This document shows positions 19,563-29,183 of a DNA stretch of 64,000 bases, in pieces (the stretch's first letter is position 1; each line of letters begins with the position of its first letter). Source of the DNA: a virus. The stretch lies in the IMG/VR virus record IMGVR_UViG_3300020172_001416, positions 34,788 to 98,787 of that record, one strand, 5' to 3'. A model generated the notes under the pieces. It worked only from the letters and a program-made list of their open reading frames with translations. It did no database searches and was not told the DNA's origin. A program made the position numbers and the translations under genes.

Positions 19563-19571
19563 ATACTTATA
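19563..19571 (+). promoter_or_regulatory. Putative late promoter motif ATACTTATA
   Basis: Recurring motif at the head of the small-protein cluster. Confidence 0.5.
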
Positions 19572-19610
19572 TAGTAGTGTCATTTTATACAATATTTTTC
19601 GAGAATTCCT

Positions 19611-19943
19611 ATGAAGGCAGAAGATATTCGTCGTATAATTCGTGAAGAATTAGAAGCAGCAATCAAATCACGAATGGAAAAAGAAGAAATCTGTGAAGGT
19701 GAGGGATGTTTAGACGAAAAGTCCGTCCCACAACCGTATAATCGTAAGACTGCTCGTAAAATGAGTAAGTCTCAAGTTGACCTTCGTAAGAAGATTGGTC
19801 AAGCTATGATGCGTGACGAAAAGAAAGTCAGTAAGTTCAGAAAGAAGTATGGTGATGAATGGAAAGATTATCTTTGGGCAGCAGCATCCTCGGCCGCATT
19901 CAGACAAAGTGGTTCTACGAAGAGCGACGACAAACGGAAGTAA
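19611..19943 (+). CDS. Small basic protein, putative internal head protein
   Basis: 110 aa; N-terminal IRRIIREE; Lys/Arg-rich C-terminal half. Confidence 0.5.
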   Translation: MKAEDIRRIIREELEAAIKSRMEKEEICEGEGCLDEKSVPQPYNRKTARKMSKSQVDLRKKIGQAMMRDEKKVSKFRKKYGDEWKDYLWAAASSAAFRQSGSTKSDDKRK

Positions 19944-19945
19944 TA

Positions 19946-20836
19946 ATGCAATATAAGTTATTTTTTAATTTTGAGCAATATAAGCATTCACATAAGCGTC
20001 ACGATCCACCTGGGTCAGAAGATGCGGATGTAAACAATGATGGTAAGATTGATAAAAATGACAAGTATATAATGGCAAAACGAAGACTGTATAAGCAATA
20101 TCAATCGGCACAAAAGAGTAACAAAGAAACAGACTTTTCTACACCGAAGTTGGAGACTGATATGATTAGATTAATGGGGCTTGTTGAAGTACCGTCCATA
20201 ACACCACTTAAAGAAGAATCACACGAAGAACCAACACCAGCTCCAACTGCAGCTGTTGATAAAAAGTCGTTGGTTGGAATGAAATTAAAGAAGCTCAAGG
20301 GAATGCAAATGACCCCAGACCAAGAAAAGAAGGTTGATGAGCTTTTGGTTCAAATGGAAGAATTAACTGCTGGTCAGAAGAAACTTGACGTTGATGGAGA
20401 CGGCAAGATTGAAGGTGATGACTTAGCAAAACTTCGTGCTGGTAAGAAAGCTGATGAAGCAGTTGGGGAAGATCATGAAGTATCAATGGGAATTAAGACC
20501 CTCGACTCTATCATCAAACACGCAACTGAATTAAAGGGTAAGCTTGGAATGGAAGAAAAGGACATTCCAGCATGGATTCAAGACCATATCGCTGTTGCTG
20601 AAAACAATCTTGACCAAGCAAATACTGGATATCACGAATACGGCGAAGAAGAAAAGACCGACGCCCCAGTAGACCAAGATATGGCAGCAATGAAGGAAGA
20701 AGTCAGTGAAGCAGCTCCAGAAGGTTGGGAAAAAACTGTTCTCGCTATGAAGAAGCATAAGGAAATTGATAATCCTTGGGCACTTGCACATTGGATGAAG
20801 AAGAAAGGATATCACTCACAAAAAAAGGAAGAATAA
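19946..20836 (+). CDS. Putative internal head protein with two EF-hand/dockerin-like loops
   Basis: Start reassigned to ATG 19946, just after the upstream stop. DVNNDGKIDKND and DVDGDGKIEGDD loops; possible second start at 20162. Confidence 0.5.
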   Translation: MQYKLFFNFEQYKHSHKRHDPPGSEDADVNNDGKIDKNDKYIMAKRRLYKQYQSAQKSNKETDFSTPKLETDMIRLMGLVEVPSITPLKEESHEEPTPAPTAAVDKKSLVGMKLKKLKGMQMTPDQEKKVDELLVQMEELTAGQKKLDVDGDGKIEGDDLAKLRAGKKADEAVGEDHEVSMGIKTLDSIIKHATELKGKLGMEEKDIPAWIQDHIAVAENNLDQANTGYHEYGEEEKTDAPVDQDMAAMKEEVSEAAPEGWEKTVLAMKKHKEIDNPWALAHWMKKKGYHSQKKEE

Positions 20837-21198
20837 TGGAATCCGTCGCAAAATTCATTTCAGTGCTTCTCGCTAGCCGGGAACAAGCACATATCTTCCA
20901 TCTTCAAACCCAATCATATGCCCAACATAAGGCATTACAAGGGTATTATGAAGGTATCGTGGACTTAATTGACACTTATGTAGAATCATATCAAGGTCGG
21001 TATGGTATTTTGAAGGGATATAAGCCAACTACCCAAATCTTTGAAGATGATTCAACCCTTCGATATTTTGCAGGTTTATTGTCATATGTGGATAACGCTC
21101 GTAAAGATTTACCACAAGACGGTGAACTTAATAACACGATTGATGAAATTTCAGGGTTAATTTCCAGTACACATTACAAGCTTAAATTTTTAAAGTAA
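20836..21198 (+). CDS. Ferritin/Dps-like protein
   Basis: Start overlaps the upstream stop (TAATG). AHIFHLQT..YAQHKAL..YYE...LID.YVE matches a Dps-like four-helix pattern. Confidence 0.7.
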   Translation: MESVAKFISVLLASREQAHIFHLQTQSYAQHKALQGYYEGIVDLIDTYVESYQGRYGILKGYKPTTQIFEDDSTLRYFAGLLSYVDNARKDLPQDGELNNTIDEISGLISSTHYKLKFLK

Positions 21199-21200
21199 AA

Positions 21201-21509
21201 ATGAGATACAGAGACTTTTTTCCAGAAGGATATTCCGATGGGGCGGTATTCAACCAAACCAAAGGAGATTTTGGTCAAGAACAACCAGAAGAAATGCCTT
21301 CCACTGACCCAAAAGATTTAGCAATCCGTACCGCACGTATCAGTGATATCTTAGAACGGAATATCCCAACTAGCCCAGACAAGTGGGCAAAGGCTAAGGC
21401 AGCAGCACGTTCAAAGTTCAAGGTCTATCCATCTGCATACGCTAACTTATGGGCAGCAAAGAAATATAAGAGTATGGGTGGTGGTTGGAAGAAGGGAAAA
21501 AATGATTAA
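21201..21509 (+). CDS. Small protein, putative internal head protein
   Basis: MRYRDFFPE leader; basic domain KFKVYPSAYANLWAAKKYKSMGGGW. Confidence 0.55.
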   Translation: MRYRDFFPEGYSDGAVFNQTKGDFGQEQPEEMPSTDPKDLAIRTARISDILERNIPTSPDKWAKAKAAARSKFKVYPSAYANLWAAKKYKSMGGGWKKGKND

Positions 21510-21837
21510 GTTAATGGATATCTTACTTGAAGAAGAACAACCTCATCAAAAAGAGATGATTGACGGGGTTGTTGATATGCTTAATCAAGTAAAAGATATC
21601 GATAATAGAAAAGAAATGGCAATGGATAGATTAAAAGATTTTAAACAAAGTAAAATTGAAATCAATCCAAAAGAGTTTATGGCAAGAGTTGGGTTAGATT
21701 CCATAGATGAAAAGTGGACAAAGAAATATAAGAAGTCTATCGATTGTAGTAATCCAAAAGGTTTTAGTCAACGAGCACATTGTGCTGGTCGCAAAAAGCG
21801 AAAAAGTGGCGGCATAACTAAATCAAAACCAGTATGA
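21502..21837 (+). CDS. Small protein, putative internal head protein
   Basis: Start reassigned to ATG 21502 (MIKLMDILLEE); basic C-terminal domain KKSIDCSNPKGFSQRAHCAGR. Confidence 0.55.
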   Translation: MIKLMDILLEEEQPHQKEMIDGVVDMLNQVKDIDNRKEMAMDRLKDFKQSKIEINPKEFMARVGLDSIDEKWTKKYKKSIDCSNPKGFSQRAHCAGRKKRKSGGITKSKPV

Positions 21838-22169
21838 CACGACTTTCCGACTTATTAGTTGAAGTATCTATTGACCTTGACGAAAAGTATAAAACCAAGG
21901 GAAGTCTTGGTAAGTGGCTTCGTCAAAAGTGGGTTGATATTTCTCGTAAAGACCCAAAGACCGGCAAGCATCCACCGTGTGGAGCTTCTGCTGGTAAGGG
22001 AGAACGTGGTTCATCTGGGTCACGTAAATATCCAAAGTGTCGTCCAGCACGTTCTGCGGCAGCAATGAGTAAGGGTGAAAAGCGGTCAGCAGTCACTCGT
22101 AAACGTAAAGCAGGAAATCCGGGTGGGAAACCAACAATGGTATCCACGCTTAAGAAGGAAGAAGAATAA
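21834..22169 (+). CDS. Small basic protein, putative internal head protein
   Basis: MTRLSDLLVE leader; KWLRQKWVDI...CG...YPKCRP domain. Confidence 0.55.
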   Translation: MTRLSDLLVEVSIDLDEKYKTKGSLGKWLRQKWVDISRKDPKTGKHPPCGASAGKGERGSSGSRKYPKCRPARSAAAMSKGEKRSAVTRKRKAGNPGGKPTMVSTLKKEEE

Positions 22170-22585
22170 TGGAAAATATTACTGAAGCCTGTTGGGAAGG
22201 ATATAAGCAAGTTGGGATGAAAGACAAAAGTGGCAAAATGGTCCCAAACTGCGTTCCTATCAATGAAGACGATATTATTGAAGATTATTGTCCACGGTGC
22301 TTGGCAATGCAAATTTTACGGTCGGCTACAGAACCTCTTGAAGAGGCCGAATACCACGGTCGTAAAGTTCCTCTTGGAAAACCAATGCGGGGTGACGTTA
22401 AAAAGTTCAAAGTATTCGTAAAAGACCCAAGCACTGGTAACGTTAAGAAGGTCAACTTTGGTGACAAGACGATGAGAATTAAGAAGTCTAATCCAGCTCG
22501 TCGTAAGTCATTCCGTGCAAGACACAACTGCGCAAACCCAGGTCCACGTACTAAGGCAAGATACTGGTCTTGCCGGAAGTGGTAA
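22169..22585 (+). CDS. Small basic protein, putative internal head protein
   Basis: MENITE leader; CWEGYKQVGMK...VPNCVP module and KKVNFG...RRKSFRARHNC...ARYWSCRKW module. Confidence 0.55.
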   Translation: MENITEACWEGYKQVGMKDKSGKMVPNCVPINEDDIIEDYCPRCLAMQILRSATEPLEEAEYHGRKVPLGKPMRGDVKKFKVFVKDPSTGNVKKVNFGDKTMRIKKSNPARRKSFRARHNCANPGPRTKARYWSCRKW

Positions 22586-22586
22586 T

Positions 22587-22802
22587 ATGAAAGAAAAAGT
22601 CTCACGGAAGATTTCCGACGCTGTATTAAAGAAAATGGGTTATACATTCGACCCTAAAGAATTTCATATGGGAATGAATGTAGAAATGGAACATAAAGAT
22701 GTTACGAATGGAAACGTGGTAATGACGGCAAAAATTGCCGCGGCCCACTTGACAGAGAACCCAAAATATTATACATTACTTAAGAAGTATGTGGAGAAAT
22801 AA
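22587..22802 (+). CDS. Small conserved-type phage protein
   Basis: Start reassigned to ATG 22587. GMNVEMEH...KIAAAHLTENPKYYT motif. Confidence 0.55.
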   Translation: MKEKVSRKISDAVLKKMGYTFDPKEFHMGMNVEMEHKDVTNGNVVMTAKIAAAHLTENPKYYTLLKKYVEK

Positions 22803-22803
22803 A

Positions 22804-23139
22804 ATGAGTACAAAGTTAAAGGACTTATTGTCAGAAAACGTAGAAAATCGCGTTAGTTTAACGCGTATTGAAGCTATTTTAGAAAATTTGGCACCACAAT
22901 TAAGTGAAGCCGAACAAAACAAATTGGCTGGCGCCTATGTTGAATTAAAGACATTAGCAACAGCACTAAACGAAACTCCATATACTATCTTCAATCACGA
23001 CCACTGGAAGTTATTAAAGATGGTATTGGTAGGCAAGGTCGCTGAATTACGACTTGTTCTTGAAGATATCGCAGAAGATAATAAAGAAATCGACTTCTTC
23101 CCAATTATGAAGGCGGTCGATTTAATTCTTACTTACTAA
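22804..23139 (+). CDS. Hypothetical helical protein, putative head cargo
   Basis: Start reassigned to ATG 22804 (MSTKLKDLLSE) after GGAG. Confidence 0.5.
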   Translation: MSTKLKDLLSENVENRVSLTRIEAILENLAPQLSEAEQNKLAGAYVELKTLATALNETPYTIFNHDHWKLLKMVLVGKVAELRLVLEDIAEDNKEIDFFPIMKAVDLILTY

Positions 23140-23149
23140 GTGAGGGGTT

Positions 23150-25018
23150 ATGGCAGATACTAGTGTGTTTGGTCGCCTACGGAAACTGTTTTCAACAAAT
23201 ACAGTTGTCCGTAATGTAGGCGGTAAAAGATTAAAAGTCGCTGACACCGACAATATCCAGTCGTTTATCAATAGACGCGGTATTGATAGATACCACCGCG
23301 TCTATTCATCAATGACGGGAGGATATGGTGCAGCTGGTGGTCGTTACGAATCGTCAGCAGCATTCCAAGGGTCACGCCTTCAATTGTTCCGTGACTATGA
23401 TATGATGGATAATGACCCTATCATTTCATCGGTTATGGACATTTACGCCGACGAATCAACTGTAAAAGATGAATTCGGACAAGTACTTAGTATCCGTTCA
23501 AAAAACCAACAAATTCAAGATATTCTCCATAACTTATTCTATGATGTATTGAATGTTGAATTCAATCTCTGGCCATGGGTCAGAAATATGGCTAAGTATG
23601 GAGATTTCTTTTTATTCCTTGACATCGATGAAAAGTACGGTGTGGTAAACGCTATTCCACTTTCCATCTATGAAACCATCCGTGTAGAAGGTCAAGACCC
23701 AGGCAATCCATTCTCAGTCAAGTTCAAGATTGAAAATGACTTCTTAGCACTAGGTAAAAAGGAATTTGATAATTACGAAATCGCACACTTCCGTCTCCTT
23801 TCTGATACGAACTTCCTTCCATACGGAAAGGCGATGATTGAAGGCGGCCGCCGTATTTGGAAGCAACTTCAATTGATGGAAGACGCGATGTTGATTCATC
23901 GTATTATGAGAGCACCAGACAAGCGTAAGGTCTTGGTGGATATCGGTAATATTCCACCAGCTGAAATTGATACGCATATGCAACGTATCATTGACCGCAT
24001 GAAGAAAGTACCATTAGTGGACCCAAAGACGGGTGACTACAATCTTCGTTACAATATGATGAACATCACGGAAGATTTCTATCTTCCAGTTCGTGGTAAG
24101 GATTCTGGAACAGATATTACCAATCTCCCAGGTCTCCAATTCAACGCTATTGAAGATATCGAATATCTCCGTAATAAGTTGATGGCAGCCTTCAAGGTAC
24201 CGAAGTCATTCTTGGGGTACGAAGAAGATAATAGTGGTAAGGCATCATTGGCAGCACAAGACGTTCGGTTCGCTCGTACCATCGAACGCATTCAACGTAT
24301 TGTCGTATCAGAACTCACCAAGATTGCAATTATTCACTTATATGTTCAAGGATTTACCGACGAAGAATTGATTGACTTTGAGCTTGAAATGACTTCACCA
24401 TCGGTCATTTACGAACAAGAAAAGTTAAACTTGTGGAAGGAAAAAGTCTCCTTAGCAGAACAAATTGCTAATAGTAAGTTCCTTTCCCGTGATTGGGTAT
24501 ATCATAATATTCTTCAAATCGCTCAAGATGATGCGAAGGAAGAACAAAAGAAAGTTGAACAAGATATGCAAATGTTGGCAAAGTTAGACGCAGCTCAACA
24601 ACAACCAACGCAACCAGAACAACCAACACAATCAGCAGAAACTCCGGCCGCAGAAGAACCTGCTCCAGAAGACCAAAAGATTGATAGTGTAGCTGATGTT
24701 TTGGCTTCATTGGAAGATATCCCAACTGAAGATGAAGGTGGTGACGACTCTGAATTAGAAGAAGCCAAGATAGGTCGTCCAAAAGAAGGTCAAAAGTATG
24801 GTCAAGATAGTCACCCACGGGGACGCGACCCACTTGGGCATAAGGAAAACTTGGGAGCTTTACGAGTAGGACAATTACGTAAGCCAACCAAAAAGTCACC
24901 ACTATCCTTAGAAAATCACGAAGTTTTTAACCTCATTAAACAACTAAACGCACATAAATCTGGTACAGCACAACCTAGTATCTTAAGTGAAGATAACATT
25001 TTAGACATAGAAAACTAA
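23150..25018 (+). CDS. gp20: Portal protein (T4 gp20-like)
   Basis: MEDAMLIHRIMRAPDKR, DIGNIPP, EDFYLPVRG, ITNLPG, DIEYL and FKVPKS motifs; position between terminase and protease. Confidence 0.93.
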   Translation: MADTSVFGRLRKLFSTNTVVRNVGGKRLKVADTDNIQSFINRRGIDRYHRVYSSMTGGYGAAGGRYESSAAFQGSRLQLFRDYDMMDNDPIISSVMDIYADESTVKDEFGQVLSIRSKNQQIQDILHNLFYDVLNVEFNLWPWVRNMAKYGDFFLFLDIDEKYGVVNAIPLSIYETIRVEGQDPGNPFSVKFKIENDFLALGKKEFDNYEIAHFRLLSDTNFLPYGKAMIEGGRRIWKQLQLMEDAMLIHRIMRAPDKRKVLVDIGNIPPAEIDTHMQRIIDRMKKVPLVDPKTGDYNLRYNMMNITEDFYLPVRGKDSGTDITNLPGLQFNAIEDIEYLRNKLMAAFKVPKSFLGYEEDNSGKASLAAQDVRFARTIERIQRIVVSELTKIAIIHLYVQGFTDEELIDFELEMTSPSVIYEQEKLNLWKEKVSLAEQIANSKFLSRDWVYHNILQIAQDDAKEEQKKVEQDMQMLAKLDAAQQQPTQPEQPTQSAETPAAEEPAPEDQKIDSVADVLASLEDIPTEDEGGDDSELEEAKIGRPKEGQKYGQDSHPRGRDPLGHKENLGALRVGQLRKPTKKSPLSLENHEVFNLIKQLNAHKSGTAQPSILSEDNILDIEN

Positions 25019-25037
25019 CGAACTAGGAAATATCATA

Positions 25038-25046
25038 CTATTTAAT
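25038..25046 (+). promoter_or_regulatory. Putative late promoter motif CTATTTAAT
   Basis: Recurring motif about 25 nt upstream of the ATG. Confidence 0.45.
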
Positions 25047-25070
25047 ATATGATAAGGTATTTATTCACTT

Positions 25071-25958
25071 ATGGCGGATTATCTTATGAAATCTAGTATC
25101 AAACACAATAAGTTGAGAAACACCGGCATTTTGTTTGAACTTCTAGTACGTCAAATTACAGCTGACGTAATGGAAAACAAACAAAACGGAGTAGCCGTCA
25201 AGTTAATGCGTGAATTCTTCAATTCTAAGAAGGAACTAGGAAAGGAATTGATGTTGTATCGCGCATTCTTTAATGTTCAAAACTTATCTGAACAGAAGGC
25301 ATTTCAATTATTGAAGCTAGTCAGTGAACAACGAAAGAATCTTGACCAACATACGTTAGATACACAAAAATACCTTTTAATTAAAGAAATTAAAAAGAAT
25401 TTTGATTTGAAAGAATTTTTCGCAGCTCGCGTTCCATCATATAAAATTTACGCATCAATCTATAAGAATTTTGATGCAGCGGTCAATGGCGTCGGTGATG
25501 TCACAACGATTGAAGAATTAGCAAATAGCCAATTTACCATTGTAGAACATTTGTCTGGCAAGGCTGTCACAAAAGAAATCAAAGAACACAATGAACTGGC
25601 ATCTATCATCCGTAGTCAAGACGATGATATTCGCTTCCTTTCTTACAGAATCTTAATTGAACGTTTTAACGAAAAGTATAAGGGATTAGACGAAGCGCAA
25701 AAGAAGCTTCTCCAAGAATATATCTATAATATTTCTAATACTGGTAATTTAAAGAAGTACACAATGTCAGAAAGTCGTAGATTGGTAAAAGAAATTTCAG
25801 AACGTGCTAAGAAAGTCTCCGATAAGGTCGTTCGTATTAAATTAGCAGAAGTTGTTACACAATTACAACGTATCCAACACGCGACAACCATCAAAGAAAA
25901 TCATATGACGGCTATGTTAATTGGATACGAAATCCTTAAGGAGCTCACGTCCCTATGA
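25071..25958 (+). CDS. Hypothetical head-module protein
   Basis: 295-aa helical ORF between portal and protease (KHNKLRNTGILFELLVRQ); start may be 25086. Confidence 0.6.
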   Translation: MADYLMKSSIKHNKLRNTGILFELLVRQITADVMENKQNGVAVKLMREFFNSKKELGKELMLYRAFFNVQNLSEQKAFQLLKLVSEQRKNLDQHTLDTQKYLLIKEIKKNFDLKEFFAARVPSYKIYASIYKNFDAAVNGVGDVTTIEELANSQFTIVEHLSGKAVTKEIKEHNELASIIRSQDDDIRFLSYRILIERFNEKYKGLDEAQKKLLQEYIYNISNTGNLKKYTMSESRRLVKEISERAKKVSDKVVRIKLAEVVTQLQRIQHATTIKENHMTAMLIGYEILKELTSL

Positions 25959-26458
25959 CCAACGAAGAAAAGCTCAGAGCATATATCCGTAAGCTTATTG
26001 AAGAAGAATTAAATGAAATTAGTACTTCTGCAGGAGCTGGAGCTTATTTAACAGCAAAAGCATTTCGTGGAAATATTAAACAAAATATTGCAAAGATGAA
26101 GAATGTTGCTACTCAATTGGGATATACGTTGTCACATCGTGGGGAAGAAGAATTAAAGAGTAGAGCAGACACGATGGAACAATTGCAAAAAGAAAACCTC
26201 GCAGAAGCAAAGATGCGGTATCACGAATATAAGAAAGATGAAAGTGCGACTCCACATCAAAAGATTGCAAAGGCCATCTCAGAAGTCAATAAGAATCTTC
26301 AAGAAGTTGAACGGATGATTAAAATGAACGCCCGTTTACAAAGTGAGTCTGGAATTGCCAGTGAGGCATTATATCGCCGGACCCAACAAGGATTATTAAA
26401 GTTGGAAGCTCGGTTGATTCATCTAGCCGGCAAAGTCCGTGACATCAGAGGAAAGTAA
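25955..26458 (+). CDS. Hypothetical head-module protein
   Basis: 167 aa, SD AAGGAG; IRKLIEEELNE leader. Confidence 0.6.
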   Translation: MTNEEKLRAYIRKLIEEELNEISTSAGAGAYLTAKAFRGNIKQNIAKMKNVATQLGYTLSHRGEEELKSRADTMEQLQKENLAEAKMRYHEYKKDESATPHQKIAKAISEVNKNLQEVERMIKMNARLQSESGIASEALYRRTQQGLLKLEARLIHLAGKVRDIRGK

Positions 26459-26459
26459 T

Positions 26460-27047
26460 ATGAAGAACCTATTAGTTGAATACAACGTTATCGAATACGG
26501 TAAAGACCTTCTAGTTGAAGCAGCCGATGTTACTAAGCCATTAATGTTAAAGAATGTACTTCTTCAACGTGCTGAAGCAAAGAATCAAAATGGGCGTATT
26601 TATCCTCGGGAAATTCTTTCGAGAGAAGCAGGACTATACAAAGAAAATTTCGTTGTACAACGCCGAGCACTTGGGGAACTCGACCATCCAGAAAGTCCAG
26701 TTGTTAACTTAAAGAATGTATGCTGTAACGTCACCGACCTTTGGTTTGAAGGTCAAGACGTTCGCGGAAATATCGAAATCCTTTCAACCCCATCTGGCAA
26801 TATCGTTCGTGAACTTATCAAGAACAATATTCGTCTCGGTGTCTCATCACGTGGTATGGGGTCAGTTCGTCAAATGGGCGAAAGTACGGTAGAAGTACAA
26901 GACGATTTCAGTCTCATCTGTTTCGATATCGTCAGTAACCCAAGTACTCACGGCGCTTTCATCAATGAAAACACTAAGAGTCAAATCATTACCCCATATT
27001 CACGTATCGATTCACTTGTATACGATTTCTTAAGTGAAGTAAAATGA
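26460..27047 (+). CDS. gp21: Prohead core protease (T4 gp21-like)
   Basis: NQNGRIYP, ALGELDHP, GVSSRGMGS and FDIVSNPS motifs; start reassigned to ATG 26460 after GAGG. Confidence 0.93.
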   Translation: MKNLLVEYNVIEYGKDLLVEAADVTKPLMLKNVLLQRAEAKNQNGRIYPREILSREAGLYKENFVVQRRALGELDHPESPVVNLKNVCCNVTDLWFEGQDVRGNIEILSTPSGNIVRELIKNNIRLGVSSRGMGSVRQMGESTVEVQDDFSLICFDIVSNPSTHGAFINENTKSQIITPYSRIDSLVYDFLSEVK

Positions 27048-27610
27048 AATTAGCGAAGGAATTTGTTAAATTTACTGTAAAAGAATTAGGATTAAAATCA
27101 CTACCTAAGAGTATCAAATTCGAAGGTGATAATTATTCTGCTCAGTATTTAACATTTGGTACATACAACCCTTCTACCGATGAAGTTGTTGTTGTTAAGG
27201 GGCAACGACATCCCGTCGATGTTCTTCGTACATTAGCACATGAATTAGTTCATCACAAGCAACGTGAAGATGGTCAAGAATTAAATGGTGAAGATGGGTC
27301 AAATATTGAAAATGAAGCAAACGCAAAGGCTGGTGAATTGATGAGAAAGTTTAGAACAGTTCGCCCAGAAATATTTAATGTTGGTCCTTGGGGATTTCAT
27401 ACAAATATGGAAAACAATAAGATTGAGAAGATTTTACACGTTGCTAAGACGGGTGAACCAGAAAAGATTGATGAACAGTACGTTGATGGGTTTACCGCAA
27501 AATTATTGGTGACGGTGGCTCACAAACTTTCCCCAGAAAATAGAAAGAAGTTTTATAATGAATCGATTGGTGATATGGTCACCCTCGCATATAAATTAGT
27601 TACTCGGTAA
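27044..27610 (+). CDS. HExxH zincin-like metallopeptidase domain protein
   Basis: LRTLAHELVHHKQ with a downstream E in ENEANA. Confidence 0.65.
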   Translation: MKLAKEFVKFTVKELGLKSLPKSIKFEGDNYSAQYLTFGTYNPSTDEVVVVKGQRHPVDVLRTLAHELVHHKQREDGQELNGEDGSNIENEANAKAGELMRKFRTVRPEIFNVGPWGFHTNMENNKIEKILHVAKTGEPEKIDEQYVDGFTAKLLVTVAHKLSPENRKKFYNESIGDMVTLAYKLVTR

Positions 27611-27622
27611 AACGGAGGCAGT

Positions 27623-27838
27623 ATGTACGTTGAAGTAAAAGGCGATAAGCAGTCTGATTTAGAACGGGCCCTCCAACAATTCGTCAAGCAAGTTAAGCGG
27701 GCTGAATTAATGGAAGATTTAAAGAAGAAAGAGTTCTACTTAAAGAAATCTAAAAGACTTGAAAAGAAGAGTCAAGACGCGTTCCGTAGACGGAAACGGG
27801 AAGAGAGTAAGGCCCAGAAGAAGAATAATACATTCTAA
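27623..27838 (+). CDS. rpsU: Ribosomal protein bS21 homologue
   Basis: 71 aa; VEV.....LERALQQFVKQVKR..LMEDLKKKEFYLKKS matches the bS21 pattern (E.AL..FK....G...E....EFY.KPS); basic tail; SD GGAGG. Confidence 0.8.
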   Translation: MYVEVKGDKQSDLERALQQFVKQVKRAELMEDLKKKEFYLKKSKRLEKKSQDAFRRRKREESKAQKKNNTF

Positions 27839-27872
27839 CTAAAAAATGATGTTTTTAAGAAAACGTTAATAT

Positions 27873-27881
27873 ATATTTAAA
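27873..27881 (+). promoter_or_regulatory. Putative late promoter motif ATATTTAAA followed by a 5' hairpin
   Basis: Motif variant upstream of scaffold and capsid genes, immediately followed by the ACACCTC-ATTT-GGGGTGT stem. Confidence 0.4.
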
Positions 27882-27971
27882 GTACACCTCATTTGGGGTG
27901 TGATTTTGTTGTATATATTACTTTGTAATGGCTCTGAATAGTCATTTTTATTCTCATAGGAGAGCACTTTT

Positions 27972-29183
27972 ATGGCAGAGTTCGAATTCACGAACAAGCT
28001 TTTAAGAGAAGCTATCGCAGACGCAGAAGCAGTTCGTCAAACTGCTATTGAAAATGCAAAGCTTTCATTAGAAGAAACGTTCACACCCCAAATTAAGTCT
28101 ATGATTTCTCGTAGACTTCGTGCCGAAGCAGAAGGCATGGAAGAACCAGAAGAAGAAAAAGAAGCACCAGAAGCAGAAAAGGAAGCTCCAAAGATGGCAG
28201 CTACCGCCGAACCAAAGATGGAAACTGCTAAGGAAATGGACGCACACGAAGCAGAACCAACTGGTAAGTCTGATATGCACCTCGCTACATCAGATATCGG
28301 CGCTTCTGACAACAAGGAACCTTCAGCAGCAGCATTTGATTCCGCAGAAGATGACCAAAGTGGTGAAGATGCAGGTGAAGGTGAAACCGATTGGTACGAA
28401 GATTGGACAGAAGCTGACTTCGACCTTGACGAAGTAATCAAGGAACTCGAAGAAGACATGAAGAAGATGTCAGGCGAAGAAGAAGACGAAGAAGATAAGG
28501 AAGAAGAAATGGCTGACGAAGCATATCCAGCAGAAGACCCAGAAGCTGGTGTTGAAAAGCCTGAAATTCCAGCAAAGACATCACATATCGGAACCGCAGA
28601 AGGCGCAGAAGATGCAGCCAATGTAAATACTTTCGTAACCGAACCATCAGATGTAAATAAGATGGAAGGTGAAGAAGGCGAAGAAATGAAAGGTCACGAA
28701 GAAGAAGGCGAAGAAGAAGAATTGGATTTAGAAGCAATCCTCAAGGAACTCGAAGCCGAAGATGAAATGGAAAAGAAATCATCTGAAAAAATGGCTTCCC
28801 TTGAAAAAGAACTTGCAGAATATCGTCAGGCTGTAAAGCTCCTACGAGGCAAGCTACATGAAGTAAATCTTCTCAACGCAAAACTCTTATATACCAACAA
28901 AATCTTCCGTAAGGAAGGTTTGACCACCGAACAAAAGGTGTCAGTCATTGAAAACTTTGACCGTGCAACCTCAGTTCGTGAAGTCAAGATGGTATACACA
29001 GTTCTTGTTGAAACATTAACTTCAACAGCAAAAACAATTAAGTCTACAAAGGCAACAAAGGTCGTTGCAGAAGGATTTGCAAGTAAGGCAACCCCAAGCA
29101 CCGCACCAAAGGCAGCAGCAATGGAAGTAATCTCAGAAAACTCCGTTGCAAAGCGCTTACAACAATTAGCAGGTCTTATCTAA
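27972..29183 (+). CDS. Prohead scaffold/core protein (gp22-like)
   Basis: Highly acidic coiled-coil protein directly upstream of the major capsid gene; ends RLQQLAGLI. Confidence 0.75.
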   Translation: MAEFEFTNKLLREAIADAEAVRQTAIENAKLSLEETFTPQIKSMISRRLRAEAEGMEEPEEEKEAPEAEKEAPKMAATAEPKMETAKEMDAHEAEPTGKSDMHLATSDIGASDNKEPSAAAFDSAEDDQSGEDAGEGETDWYEDWTEADFDLDEVIKELEEDMKKMSGEEEDEEDKEEEMADEAYPAEDPEAGVEKPEIPAKTSHIGTAEGAEDAANVNTFVTEPSDVNKMEGEEGEEMKGHEEEGEEEELDLEAILKELEAEDEMEKKSSEKMASLEKELAEYRQAVKLLRGKLHEVNLLNAKLLYTNKIFRKEGLTTEQKVSVIENFDRATSVREVKMVYTVLVETLTSTAKTIKSTKATKVVAEGFASKATPSTAPKAAAMEVISENSVAKRLQQLAGLI

